From: an uncultured delta proteobacterium
Lineage (GTDB): Bacteria; Myxococcota_A; Polyangia; Palsa-1104
DNA: 64,000 nucleotides
Direction of reading: 5' to 3'
NCBI GenBank assembly: GCA_963785725.1
Contig: CAWAWS010000036.1
Coordinates: 1-64,000 of the forward strand
Every line of letters starts with the position of its first letter. The stretch's first letter is position 1. Of the stretch, positions 22,895 through 33,924 are shown piece after piece. Under the pieces are notes generated by a model that saw only the letters and a list, made by a program, of their open reading frames with translations, did not search any database and was not told the origin of the DNA. The position numbers were made by a program, and so were the translations under genes.

Positions 22895-23772
22895 CCACGT
22901 CGTCCGAAATCATCGTCGAACATTATGCCGATCCGTCGGCGCTCTTGCGGGGGCTGAAGCAGCTGCGCGGCAACGGGCTCACGCCGCGCGGCCTCCTCTT
23001 TTTGGCGCTGACGCAGGACGGCGCCATCCACGTCGGCGTGCCCGCCGATCCCGAGCGCATCACCGAGATCAAAGTGGGCGAGAAGCTGGCGCTGGTGTGG
23101 CCCGAAGAAGGTCGCTACTTCCACTTCGACGCCATTCATCGGCTGCCCGGCGACTTCGTCATGTGGAACGGCGATCGGCGCATCAAAGACGCCGGCACCG
23201 GCTCGCAAGTCGCCACCATCGTCGCGTCGTTCTTGAAGGGCGGCAGCGCGCGCAACGTGCTCTTCGGCTGCACGCCGCATCAGCCGGGCTCGTGGCTGTC
23301 GGAGTCGAGCCGCACCGTCGTGCCGCTGCACGAGCAGGGTTACGTCGAGGTCGTGCCGGTGGCGTCGGGCTTGATCGCGCGCCGCACGATGGATCATCGG
23401 CTCTATTATTTGTCGTTCGCCGAGCTGGCGTCGACGGGGCGGCTCGACAGCTGGCGCTCGGTGTTCGAGTCGCCGCTCGGCAACATCCTGCTCATCGAGC
23501 GGCGCGTGATGCACGATCGCTTGGTCCTGTCGTGCGAAGAGGGGCTCATCGAGGTCGACCTGGCCGAGGTGCCCGACGTCAGCGAGCGCGCGCGGGCGAC
23601 GACCAACGGCTCGATGGCGGTCGTCGGCCGCATCGACGGCGGGGCCTTCGCGGTCACGTCGGGAACGCCGCAGCCGTGGGGCTTCGACGACCTGCGCCCG
23701 GCGCTGCTCATCGGCGGCGAAGGCGCGACGCTCGCCGATCTCGGCCGCGCCCTGGCCGCGCGCAATCCTTAG
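22891..23772 (+). CDS. hypothetical protein
   Basis: GTGA overlap with the MBL stop; 293 codons with typical codon bias. Confidence 0.75.
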   Translation: MTTSSEIIVEHYADPSALLRGLKQLRGNGLTPRGLLFLALTQDGAIHVGVPADPERITEIKVGEKLALVWPEEGRYFHFDAIHRLPGDFVMWNGDRRIKDAGTGSQVATIVASFLKGGSARNVLFGCTPHQPGSWLSESSRTVVPLHEQGYVEVVPVASGLIARRTMDHRLYYLSFAELASTGRLDSWRSVFESPLGNILLIERRVMHDRLVLSCEEGLIEVDLAEVPDVSERARATTNGSMAVVGRIDGGAFAVTSGTPQPWGFDDLRPALLIGGEGATLADLGRALAARNP

Positions 23773-23776
23773 TCCA

Positions 23777-24268
23777 CTACGTCTTTCGCGCGTGAATCAG
23801 GTGATGCTCGATCATCTGCTTGCGCAGCAAATAGATCACGATCATCAAGTTCACGGCGAAGAGGAGCACGCGACCGAGCGTCATCTTGGTCGCGATCTCG
23901 ATGACCTCGACGGGCAATAAGAGCGCCGTCGCACCCACGACCATCCACGCGCCCCACGAATAACCGCGCGCCAAGGCCCAGCCTTCGACGCCGCTGACCA
24001 CCGCGTCGCCCGCCGACGCCGCCACCAGCCACCACAGACGATGCGGCGTCAGCGAGCGCAAGGCGAGCTCGGCCAGGCGAATCGACCAGTGGTGCACGAC
24101 GTGCTCGCGCATGGCCTCGGCGATCTCGTGCGCGCGATGCCAAGCGCCGCTCGCGATCAGAATCGACAAGATGATGGCCGCGGCCGCTTCGGCGACGGCC
24201 TTGCCCGATTTGTAGAGGACGATGGCGCGGTAGCCGCCGGCGTCGCTCTTGATGATGGGACCGCTCAC
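23777..24268 (-). CDS. DUF2127-family membrane protein
   Basis: RAIVLYKSGKA, VEGWALARGYSWGAW, LLPVEVIE, NLMIVIYL. Confidence 0.75.
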   Translation of the reverse strand: MSGPIIKSDAGGYRAIVLYKSGKAVAEAAAAIILSILIASGAWHRAHEIAEAMREHVVHHWSIRLAELALRSLTPHRLWWLVAASAGDAVVSGVEGWALARGYSWGAWMVVGATALLLPVEVIEIATKMTLGRVLLFAVNLMIVIYLLRKQMIEHHLIHARKT

Positions 24269-27032
24269 GCGCCGCTCGTCGTCGTCGTCGTCGCTTCGCT
24301 CGTCGTGGCATCGGGTGAATCGGCCACGAGCCGCAGACCGGACGGCAAGGAGTCGCCGAACGCCAGCCGCTCCTCTTTCGCTTCGCGCGCCGTCGGCTCG
24401 AGGACGACGCGCGTCAGCCGCTCGCCGTCGGGCGCGGCCTTGAGCCGCTCGGCCAGCTTGCGCTTGACGCCGTCGTCGAGCTCGCGCGCCCGATCGCCCG
24501 AGGCGCGCGCCAACTCCACCGCCGCCAAGGCCCAGGCTTCGTTACGCGTGTCGAGCTGCAGCATGCGCTCCAGCCACTTCTCGGCTTTCGCGCGCGGCAC
24601 GACGCCTTCGGTCGGACCATAAAGCGGCACGCGCGCGCCCAAACGGCCGAGCGCCCACAGCGCCGAGTCGCCCACCTTCTTCTTCTCGACGAGGCCGATC
24701 AAAATATCGCCGAGCTCGGCCTTTTGCTTCGCCGGAATGCGCTCCATCGACGCCACGCAGCGCCACATCTCCGCCGCTTCTTGCTGACCGGGCGGCTTGC
24801 GCTCGGCCTTCTTGGCGAACGTCGGCAAGAAATGGGGCGCGATGCGCTTGAAGATCTCGTCCTGCTGCGTCTTGGTCAGACCGCCGGACACGCGCCGCCA
24901 CAAGATCCACCACTCGAGCTTGCAGGGATCGTCTTTGTCGTGCACGAGCCCGGCATTGAACAGGCGCCACGTCTCTTTGACGCGCCAATCGTCGAGCGGA
25001 TAGCCGAGACCGGGACGCAGCGTGTAGCCGGTCAGGTTCATCCAGCGCGCTTCGTGCGCCGCCGATTTGCCGCGGCCGCCGCGCAGCTCTTTGAGCGGCT
25101 CCCACAGCGCGCGCAAGGTCGTGAAGCTCCACGAATCCTTGGGGCCGAGCTGCGCTTGCAGCGCCTTCATGACGCCGGCCGGCTGCACTTCGTCGGACGC
25201 GCGCGAGCCGTACAGCGCGCGCAACACGGCGATGGCCGCTTCGATCTGCCGCCGTCGGCCTCTTCGTTGCGCGTGACCGCGGGCGCGACGTTGGCGGCCG
25301 CGGCCGGCTCTTCGGACGCGCGCAGCTCGAACGCCAACTTCCAGCGGTCGTGCTGCTCGTTGCCGGTGGCGCGCGCGACGCATTCGAGCTCGAGCGTGCC
25401 GATCTCCGTCAGCCGCGCGCGCAAGTTCACGCTCAGCGCCGTCTCCTGCGACGAGCGCGCGAAGCGCAACACCGTGTACATTGGCGGCAGCTCGGCCAGC
25501 GCATCGAGCGGCAGCGACAACAGCTGCCCCGCTTGGTCGCCGACGCGATCGGACGACGAGAACAGCCGGAAACGCACCGGCCGATTCGTCAACAGCTCGA
25601 GCGCGTGCGCGCCCAGCGTCACTTCGGCGCCCTCCTCGAAGCCGCGCGGCGTGAGGCACAGCACCGTTTGCAGCCCGGGCGTGATCTGCGCGGTGTCGAT
25701 GCCGAGGTAATACGCGCGCGCCGCGCCGCCGGTGATGCGCACGCCGCCGCCGCGCCGCGCCAGGCCGTAATAAGCGGCGCCGCGCGCGACGGCGAGATCG
25801 GGCGCGGCGTTCTCGAGCACGCGCGGCGTCGTGCCCAGCCAATCGGTCAGCACGTGCAGGATGCGCTGGCGAATCGCCGCCGACTTGAGGACGCCGCCGT
25901 TCCACAAGATCGCCGTCGGCTTGGCGTTGTGCAGCCGCAAAAATGCCGCCAAATGGCGCGTAATCGCCGGGTCGGCCGCGTAGGGCAGGCCGAACTCTTG
26001 GATGCCGGCGCGGCGCCGCTCGGGCGCGGCCGCGGCGTCGACGCGCGGGAAGAAGCCGTCGACGACCAGCTCCTCCGTCTCGGCGCGGCTGAGCTCGTCG
26101 CGCAGTTGGCCGCCGATCAACTTCGAGCCGCGACCGGCGAGCGTGATCGCCCAGCTTTGCCGCGCGTCGTCGGCGAGCAGCTTCTCCTTGGCGACGCGAC
26201 AGGCCTGCACCAGCTGCTGGAAGCCGTGACCGTCGAGCTTGCCGCCCTTCATGAGCCGGCCTTCGACGCGACGAGCGAGCGCGAGGTCGAGGTTGTCGCC
26301 GCCGAGCAGCAGGTGGTCGCCGACGGCCGTGCGCTCGTACACGCCGTCGGGTTTGACGGCGATCAAGCTGAAGTCGGTGGTGCCGCCGCCGATGTCGCAG
26401 ACGAGGACGACGTCGCCGGCGGCCAACGGCGAATCTTGCGCATGATCGGCGAGCCACGCGTAAAACGCCGCCTGCGGCTCCTCGAGCAGCGTCACCTTCG
26501 GCAGGCCCGCTTCCGCCGCCGCGCGCACCGTCAGCTCGCGCGCCACCTCGTCGAACGACGCCGGCACACACAAGATGACGTCTTCGTCGGCGAGCGCGCC
26601 GCCCGTCGCCGTCTGCCAATGGCCGGCGATATGACGCAGATACGCCGCCGACGCCTCGACGGGCGAGACGCGCTTGTGCTCGGCCGACGACTCGCCCCAC
26701 GGCAGAATCGGCGCCAGGCGATCGACGCGCGGATGGCACAGCCACGACTTGGCCGACGCCACCAGCCGACCGGGAACGGCGGTGCCTTGCACGCGCGCCA
26801 GCTCGCCCAAGATGACATCGGGCGGCGACGGCCAGGGCAGCTTCAGCGAATCGGGCGGCAGCTCGTGCTCGCCCGCCAAATACAGGAACGACGGCAAGGT
26901 CGCGCGCGGCAGCGGCTGCGCCGGCCCCACCAGCTGCACGATCTCGTCGGACACGAGCCGGCCCGACTTCTCGTCGGTGTGCGCCAGCGCGGAGTTGGTG
27001 GTCCCGAGATCGATCCCGACGATTTTTGTCAT
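24265..27032 (-). CDS. atypical Hsp70-family protein with C-terminal extension (DUF3731-like); frameshift near 25240
   Basis: GIDLGTTNSA, LEEPQAAF, CDIGGGTTDFS, VGDHLLLGGDN; C-terminal HEARWMNLTGYTLRPGLGYPLDDWR and WALGRLGARVPLYGP in the second frame. Confidence 0.88.
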
Positions 27033-27053
27033 TAGTTCGTATCGCGAACGATC

Positions 27054-28853
27054 TTAGTCATGGGTGTCGCGAACGTTATATTCGAGCTTCCAGCTTCGAC
27101 CGGAGCCGCGCTCGACGCAATAGAGCTCGAGCGTGCCGATCTCCGTCACCTTCGAGCGCAGCGTCACCGGCACGAGCGCGCCTTTGGTCGCGCCGTCGGC
27201 CGGCAGCTCCGTCGACACCGGCGCCAGCTCGGTGAGCTCGGCGCGGCGGGCGTCGTCGACGCGGCTGCCGACGTGATCGTCGCGGCGCGTGGACGACGAC
27301 AGAAAGCGGAACTCGGCCGGCTCGCCGACGACGAGGCCCAACTCCTCGTCGCTGACGTCGGCTTCGCTGCCCTCCTCCATGCCGAACGGCGCCACGCACA
27401 AGGCGCGCATCGGCGGCTCGATGCCGGGGACCGCCGGCGCCGCCGATTCGATGCCGATGTAATAGGCGCGCGCCGTGCCGCCGCGGATGCGCACGCCCTT
27501 GCCGCGGCGCACGAGGCCGTAATAGGCGGCGCCGTGCGCGACGGCGAGGTCGAGATCGGTGCCGCTCAGGACTTTCAGGTCGTCCTCGGGCGAGTCGCTC
27601 CACGAGTCCAACGTCTCGATGACGCGCTGGCGCAGCGGCCGGCCCTTCATGACGCCGCCGTTGAAGAGCACGGCCGTGGCCTTGCGGTGCGCGCCGACGA
27701 ACGCCGACAGGTGCCGCGTGATGGCGGCGTCGGCGGCGAACGGCAGGCCGAGCTCGCGCAGACCGGCGGCGCGCGCGCGCTTCGGCTTGTCGCCCAATTC
27801 GGTCGTCGGGAAGAAGCCGTCGACGAGGACGCGCTCGACGTCGGCGCGCAGTAACTCCGAGCGCACGCTGCCGCCGATGACCTTGCTGCCGCGGCCGAGG
27901 ACGACCACGGGCGCCGACTCGCGACCGTCGCCCGCGAGCAGCTGCTCCTTGGCCTGCCGGCACGAGTGCGCCAGCGACGCGAACTGCCAATGATCGAGCG
28001 TATGGCCGTCGGCTTCGAGGCGCGCGCGAACGGTGTAGGCGAGCGCCAAGTCCATGTTGTCGCCGCCGAGCAGGATGTGGTCACCGACGGCGACGCGCTC
28101 GAGCGCCAAGGTCCCGTCGGCTTCCGAGACCGCGATCAGGCTGAAGTCGGTGGTGCCGCCGCCGACGTCGCAGACGAGGACGACGTCACCGACGGCGAGC
28201 TGGTTTCGCCAGCCGTCGCCGGCGCTGCCGAGCCAGCTGTAGAACGCCGCTTGCGGCTCCTCGAGCAGCGTCACGTGGCCGAGGCCGGCGTCGGCGGCCG
28301 CGCGCACAGTCAGCTCGCGGGCGACGGCATCGAACGACGCCGGCACCGTCAAGAGCACGTCCTGCGCGGCCAACGGCGCGTCGGGATGCGCGTGATCCCA
28401 GGCCGCGCGCATGTGGCCGAGATAGCGCGCGGTCGCCTCGACGGGCGAGACCTTGGCGACGTCGGCCGGCGCCTGCCACGGCAGAATCGGCGCCGTGCGA
28501 TCGACGCCCGCGTGCGACAGCCACGACTTGGCCGACGACACGAGCCGCGCCGGCACTTGCCAGCCGTGATTGCGCGCCAGCTCGCCGACAATCCCGCGCG
28601 CATTCGACGGCGACGGCCACGGCAGCTGCAGCTGCTCCGGCTTGAACTCCGCGTCCGCCGGCAAATAGAGGAACGACGGCTGCGTCGGCCGCGGCTCGAC
28701 CGAACCCGGCGCCACCAGCTGCTCGATGGCGAACATGCGGATCCGCGGCGTCGCCTCCTCCGGCGGAGTCGACGAAGGCCACGGCCGAGTTCGTCGTCCC
28801 CAAGATCGATGCCGACGATGATAACGCGGCCGCTCATTGGGCGACGTGCTCAC
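27054..28853 (-). CDS. atypical Hsp70-family protein (frameshifts near 28770-28820)
   Basis: IVGIDLG/TTNSAVAF, SAKSWL, TVPASFD, LEEPQAAFY, CDVGGGTTDFS, TEIGTLELYC; GTG overlaps the DUF2760 stop. Confidence 0.9.
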   Translation of the reverse strand: MSTSPNERPRYHRRHRSWGRRTRPWPSSTPPEEATPRIRMFAIEQLVAPGSVEPRPTQPSFLYLPADAEFKPEQLQLPWPSPSNARGIVGELARNHGWQVPARLVSSAKSWLSHAGVDRTAPILPWQAPADVAKVSPVEATARYLGHMRAAWDHAHPDAPLAAQDVLLTVPASFDAVARELTVRAAADAGLGHVTLLEEPQAAFYSWLGSAGDGWRNQLAVGDVVLVCDVGGGTTDFSLIAVSEADGTLALERVAVGDHILLGGDNMDLALAYTVRARLEADGHTLDHWQFASLAHSCRQAKEQLLAGDGRESAPVVVLGRGSKVIGGSVRSELLRADVERVLVDGFFPTTELGDKPKRARAAGLRELGLPFAADAAITRHLSAFVGAHRKATAVLFNGGVMKGRPLRQRVIETLDSWSDSPEDDLKVLSGTDLDLAVAHGAAYYGLVRRGKGVRIRGGTARAYYIGIESAAPAVPGIEPPMRALCVAPFGMEEGSEADVSDEELGLVVGEPAEFRFLSSSTRRDDHVGSRVDDARRAELTELAPVSTELPADGATKGALVPVTLRSKVTEIGTLELYCVERGSGRSWKLEYNVRDTHD

Positions 28854-29410
28854 GACAGCTCCACCTCGGCGGGCGTGACGACCGAGGGGTCGCTGCCGCG
28901 CGCCGGCGACGGTAGCGCCACTTTGCCGACGCGCCAGCCGTGATGCCGGAGCGCGCCCACGAACGGCGGCTCGCCCACGACGTTGCCGACCAGCCGAATG
29001 CGCGACGGATCGAAGCCGACGTCGACGCGAACCTGCGCGTTCTCGGCGTCGCGCAGCACCGGCTCGACCGGCAGATGCTCGGCCAGCGCCTTCTTGCAGC
29101 CGCGATGAATGTCGCGCACCGCGGCGCCAATCTGCGCGTCCGAGTAGGCGTCCACGTCTTCCTGCAGGAAATCGAGCAGCCGCCCTTCGCGCTGTAGAAT
29201 CTGCAGCAGCTGCACCGCTTGCAGCCCGTCGGGCGGCGCGACCGTCACCGGCTCGGCCGGCTTCGGCTTCGTCGCGACGATCTCGGCCTCTTGCGGCGGC
29301 AGCGACGGCGACGGCGGCGGCGCAGCCGGCAACAAGGCCACTGCGCCCGCCGGCAAGCGGCGCGCGAACAGAACGAGGAAGAAGCACTGAAAGGCGAGCC
29401 ACACGCGCAT
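28850..29410 (-). CDS. DUF2760-family protein
   Basis: QLLQILQREGRLLDFLQED, YSDAQIGAAVRDIHRGC, GALRHHGW, PAEVEL. Confidence 0.88.
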   Translation of the reverse strand: MRVWLAFQCFFLVLFARRLPAGAVALLPAAPPPSPSLPPQEAEIVATKPKPAEPVTVAPPDGLQAVQLLQILQREGRLLDFLQEDVDAYSDAQIGAAVRDIHRGCKKALAEHLPVEPVLRDAENAQVRVDVGFDPSRIRLVGNVVGEPPFVGALRHHGWRVGKVALPSPARGSDPSVVTPAEVELS

Positions 29411-29517
29411 CGCGGATTGGCGTAGTCTGCGCGCCCCGTCGTGTCAAGCCGGCGCCGGCAACATTAGTGATCCAGACCGCGCTTGCCCCGAAGTCGCGCG
29501 AGTGCTGAAGTCGACCC

Positions 29518-30210
29518 ATGGCGTCACCCGTGTCGCCGGGCAAGCTCGTGTTCGCCGGGCTCTACCTGCTGCTGTGGCCGACGCTGCTCTTGTGGCTCGC
29601 CGGCGATTGGCACTGGCTGCAAGGCTGGATCTTCAACGTCTGGTTCGTCGCCATGTGCACGAGCACGATGGCCTGGCTATACGTGAAGAACCCGGCGCTG
29701 CTCGCCGAACGCTATCGCAAGCCGGGCAGCGGCGGGCAAAGCCGACGCGACCAGATCGTCGTCTACCTGCTCGGCGTCGGCTTCATGGCGTGGATCGCGC
29801 TCATGCCGCTCGACGCGCGCCGTTTCCATTGGACGCCGCGCTTGCCGCTGCCGGTCGCGCTCGCCGGCGGCCTGCTGCTGCTCGTCGCTTGGCTGTTTCT
29901 CATGCGCGCCTTCACCGACAACTCGTTCTTGTCGCCGCTCGTGCGCATTCAAGAGGAGCGGCAGCAGCACGTCGTCTCGACCGGCGTCTACGCCATCGTG
30001 CGCCACCCGATGTATCTCGGCGCGAGCTGCATGTTCGTCGGCGGCCCGCTGCTCGTCGGCTCGTTCGCGGGCCTGGCGGTCGGCGTCGCGCTGTCGCTGC
30101 TCTTGGCCGCGCGCAGCGTCGACGAGGAGGCGCTGCTCGCACGCGAGCTCGCCGGTTACGACGACTATCGACGCAAGGTGACGAAGCGGCTCATCCCGTT
30201 CATCTGGTAA
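29518..30210 (+). CDS. isoprenylcysteine carboxylmethyltransferase (ICMT) family membrane protein
   Basis: NSFLSPLVRIQEER, VVSTGVYAIVRHPMY, EEALL, YDDYRRKV. Confidence 0.9.
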   Translation: MASPVSPGKLVFAGLYLLLWPTLLLWLAGDWHWLQGWIFNVWFVAMCTSTMAWLYVKNPALLAERYRKPGSGGQSRRDQIVVYLLGVGFMAWIALMPLDARRFHWTPRLPLPVALAGGLLLLVAWLFLMRAFTDNSFLSPLVRIQEERQQHVVSTGVYAIVRHPMYLGASCMFVGGPLLVGSFAGLAVGVALSLLLAARSVDEEALLARELAGYDDYRRKVTKRLIPFIW

Positions 30211-30226
30211 CCCTAAACGGTGTCGC

Positions 30227-31370
30227 CTAGTCAAACGTCGTGTTGGTGATGGTGACGCCGGCGTTGCCCGCTTGTCGCCGGCCTCGACGTAGATGCTCGG
30301 GTGCGTGGCGACTGCACGCTGCCGTTGTTGCTGTTGCCGCTGAACGTCGACTGATCGATGAGCAAGTGCGCCCTTCAGATCGTCGACGACCTCGAAGATC
30401 GACGCCCGAGCCGAGCTCGTTGGCGTCGTTGTCGTCGAAGGCGCTGCCGCAGATGCGTGAGCGTGTAGCCGTCGCCGTCGTTGTAGATGGCGCCGCCGAG
30501 CCCGCCGCCGGGCGTGCCGGCGCGCGCCGGGTTTTCGCCGATGCCGACGGCTTTGTTGCCGCTGAAGACGCTGTTCACGATCGTCCACGACGTGCCGATG
30601 CTGCCGAGCGCGCCGCCGTTGCTGCCGTGTTCGCCGTCGAACGTGCTGCCGACGACGAAGCTGGGCGCGCGTCTGGTTGAACGTGTAGATGGCGCCGCCG
30701 GCGTTGTCCTGCCCGAGCGTCGTCTGCGTGCTGCCCGAGACGCGAATGTCGACGGCCTTGAAGGTGCCGCCGCCGACGTAGATCGCGCCGCCGCCGAGGA
30801 GGCCGCGCGCCGACTCGGCGTCGCCGGCGCCGTCGCTGAACGCCGAAGTTCTGCACGACGAGATGCGGCGTGTCCTGCGCCTGGCAGTGCGACGTCGTCT
30901 AGTGTTGCGTCTGATCGCAGGTGTTTTGGTAGAGGATGCGGTTCTTGCCGCCGCCGCTCAGCGTGACGAGGTTGCCGCCGTCGATGGTGACGCTGCCGTC
31001 GCCGAGGCCGCCGTCGTTGAAGATGTCGATCTCGGGCACGACGATCGTGACGCGGCGCGGCGCCGCAGGCGAACGTCACGACGCCGCCGGCGTGCACCGC
31101 GGCGACGACGGCGTCGGCGGTGCAGCTGGCGGCCGTGCCGCTGCCGACGACCGTGGTCGGATGCGAGCTGTCGACGGCCTGACCGCCGCTGGGCACGGTG
31201 CAGCTGCCGCTCGGGTTGCCGTTGCTGCCGCCGCCCGCGCCACTGGTGCCGCCGGCGTTTCCGCTGCTGCCGCCCGAGCCGCCGCCAGCCGCGCCGCCGC
31301 TGCCGTGATTGCCGCCGCAGCCGACGACGAAGCCGAGCGCAGCGACGAGCATGCCGAGACGATGAGCCAT
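30227..31370 (-). CDS. lipoprotein with pectin-lyase-like beta-helix (GGAI/PMP-type repeats); heavily frameshifted
   Basis: Lipobox VVGC; TVVGSGTAASCT, GGVVTFACG, GSNGGALGSIG, GGLGGAIYNDG across frames; ends VTITNTTFD*. Confidence 0.75.
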
Positions 31371-31474
31371 GACGGAGGCCTCCTATCTTGATTGTCGCAT
31401 AATCGAGGCGCCGCCTGAAGCCCTACGAAAACAGGCGCTTCCGGTGGACGACGACGTCTGATAGGTTGCCGCGA

Positions 31475-32206
31475 ATGGTCGCCTTGCGCCTCGTCACCTC
31501 GCTCGATCCTCTCGTCCTCGATCGCGTGCTCGCTCGCGCCCGCGCGCTGCCGGGCGCCGTCGTCGTCTTCGATCTCGACTCGACGCTGCTCGACAATCGC
31601 CCGCGGCAAGCGCGCATTCTGCGCGAGTTCGGGCAAGAGCGCGGCATCCCGGCGTTGGCCCACGCGCAGCCGCGCCACTGGGTCGACTGGAGCATCGCGC
31701 ACGCCATGGAAAATTGCGGGCTGCCCGCCGCCGAAGTCGCCCGCCTCGCCGACGACGCCAAGGAATTCTGGCGCGTCCGCTTCTTCACCAGCGCCTACTG
31801 CCGCGACGACGACGCCATCGCCGGCGCGCGCGACTACTTGGCCGCCGTGCGCGAGGCCGGCGCGTTCATCGCTTACTGCACCGGCCGTCACGAGGAGATG
31901 CGCGCCGGCAGCGTCGAGAGCTTCGTGCGCCTCGGCTATCCGTTGCCCGGCTCCGATCGTGTGGCGCTGCTGATGAAGCCGGTGCTCGAGATGAACGACG
32001 ACAGCTACAAAGACTCGGCCTACGCGCAACTGCGCACGCTCGGGCCGGCCGTCATCGCCGCGTTCGACAACGAGCCGACGCACGTCAACGGTTACCGCGC
32101 GGCCTTCCCCGACGCGTTCGCGGTGCACCTCGACACCGATCATTCGGGCCGGCCGGTCGAGCTGTTGCCCGGCATCGTCAGCGTCAAAGACTTCGTTCGC
32201 GGCTAA
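31475..32206 (+). CDS. HAD-superfamily hydrolase
   Basis: VFDLDSTL (motif I), YCTGR (II), K, AFDNEP (IV). Confidence 0.85.
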   Translation: MVALRLVTSLDPLVLDRVLARARALPGAVVVFDLDSTLLDNRPRQARILREFGQERGIPALAHAQPRHWVDWSIAHAMENCGLPAAEVARLADDAKEFWRVRFFTSAYCRDDDAIAGARDYLAAVREAGAFIAYCTGRHEEMRAGSVESFVRLGYPLPGSDRVALLMKPVLEMNDDSYKDSAYAQLRTLGPAVIAAFDNEPTHVNGYRAAFPDAFAVHLDTDHSGRPVELLPGIVSVKDFVRG

Positions 32207-32319
32207 TTCGACCGCGCGCGTCGCGCGCCAAAATTTCTCGGCCGCGGCGGTTGCGCCGGCGCGGGCGCGACCCCAGGTTCACGGCGTTCGGAGCACCTCC
32301 TTTTGCAAAGGACGCAGCC

Positions 32320-33178
32320 ATGACGACGAACGCGGCAGCCTCGGGTCAGTTCAAGCTCCTCGGCAAGCACAGCATCAATCGCCTCGGCTTCGGCGCGATG
32401 CGCATCACCGGCAAGGGCATTTGGGGACCGCCGGCCGACCTCGAGGCGGCGAAGAAGACGCTGCGCCGGCTGCCCGAGCTGGGCGTCGACTTCATCGACA
32501 CCGCCGATTCGTACGGTCCCGAAGTGAGCGAGGAGCTGATTCGGCAGACGCTGCATCCGTACAAAGGGCTGACGATCGCCACCAAAGGCGGGCTGGCGCG
32601 CACCGGTCCCGATATTTGGCTGCCGCTCGGCCGGCCGGAGTATCTGCGGCAGTGCGTGATGATGAGCTTGCGCCGCTTGAACGTCGAGCAGATCACGCTC
32701 TGGCAGCTGCATCGCATCGACGCGAAAGTGCCGCAGAACGAGCAGTTCGACGTCATCAAGCAGATGCAAAAAGAGGGGCTGATTCGCGACGTCGGCTTGA
32801 GCGAAGTGAACGTGGCCGAGATCGAGGCGGCGCAGAAGTTCTTCCAGGTCGCCACCGTGCAGAATCAGTACAACTTGTTCGATCGCAAGAGCGAGGACGT
32901 CCTCGACTATTGCGCCAAGCATGCGATCGGCTTCATCCCGTGGTTTCCGCTCGGCGCCGGCAGCCTCGCCGCGCCACGAGACGCTGGAGAAGATGGGCAA
33001 GAAGCTGCATGCGTCGGCGTCGCAGCTGGCGCTGGCGTGGACGCTCAAGCGCTCGCCGGTGATGCTGCCGATTCCGGGCACGTCGAACCCCGAGCATCTC
33101 GTCGAGAACGTGGGCGCGGGCGCGATCAAGCTGTCGGACGAGGACTTCGCGACGCTCGACAAAGCCGCGCGCGCCTAG
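32320..33178 (+). CDS. aldo/keto reductase (frameshift near 32970)
   Basis: [46 protein letters not shown]. Confidence 0.92.
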
Positions 33179-33234
33179 CCCGTCGCATACGGCAGTAGGT
33201 TTTACGTGGCAATTGGCTGTATGATGATACGGCC

Positions 33235-33924
33235 ATGCGCTTGCGCTTGTCTTTTATCCTCATCCTACTGATAGCTCGCGCGACGAACGCCGCGGCCGAT
33301 GTGCGGCGTGATGAAGAGGCGCGCGCCGCCTACAAGGCCGGCGCCGCCGCGTACGAAGCGGGAAATTATCAGGCGGCCTACGACAAGTTCCGCGAGTCGT
33401 TCCAGCTCTCGCACGAGCCGGCGCTGCTCTACAACATCTCGTCGGCGCTGCAGGGTTTGCAGCGGCCGCACGATGCCGCCGAGGCGCTGCGTAGCTTTCT
33501 GCGCGTGCAGCCCAACGATCCCGAGCGGCCCAAGATCGAGCTGCGCATCGCCACGCTGGAAGAAGAGCAGCGCATGATCGATCTCGACAAGCACAAGAGT
33601 CAGCCGGCGGAAACGCCGCCACCCGTGACGACGACGCCTGCGCCGCAAACGACGGCGCCGCAAACGACGGCGCCGCAAACGACGACGACGAACGCGGCGC
33701 CGCCGACGGGCGTGTTGACGACGCCGCCGGTGGCTACGCCGCCGGTCGTCGTCGCGGCGGCGCCGCCACGGCGCGACAAGAGGCGCACGGCGCTCATCGC
33801 CGGGCTGGTCGCCGGCGGGGCGTTCGTCGTGGCCGGCGCCATCGTCCTCGGCGTCGTCTTGGGCGACTCGAAGACGACGCCCTATCTCGCGAGCTCGCTG
33901 GGCGCGCATCCGGGGACGCGATGA
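33235..33924 (+). CDS. secreted TPR protein with Pro/Thr linker and C-terminal hydrophobic segment
   Basis: Signal peptide, GAAAYEAGNYQAA...PALLYNI TPR, APQTT x3, C-terminal TM. Confidence 0.85.
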   Translation: MRLRLSFILILLIARATNAAADVRRDEEARAAYKAGAAAYEAGNYQAAYDKFRESFQLSHEPALLYNISSALQGLQRPHDAAEALRSFLRVQPNDPERPKIELRIATLEEEQRMIDLDKHKSQPAETPPPVTTTPAPQTTAPQTTAPQTTTTNAAPPTGVLTTPPVATPPVVVAAAPPRRDKRRTALIAGLVAGGAFVVAGAIVLGVVLGDSKTTPYLASSLGAHPGTR

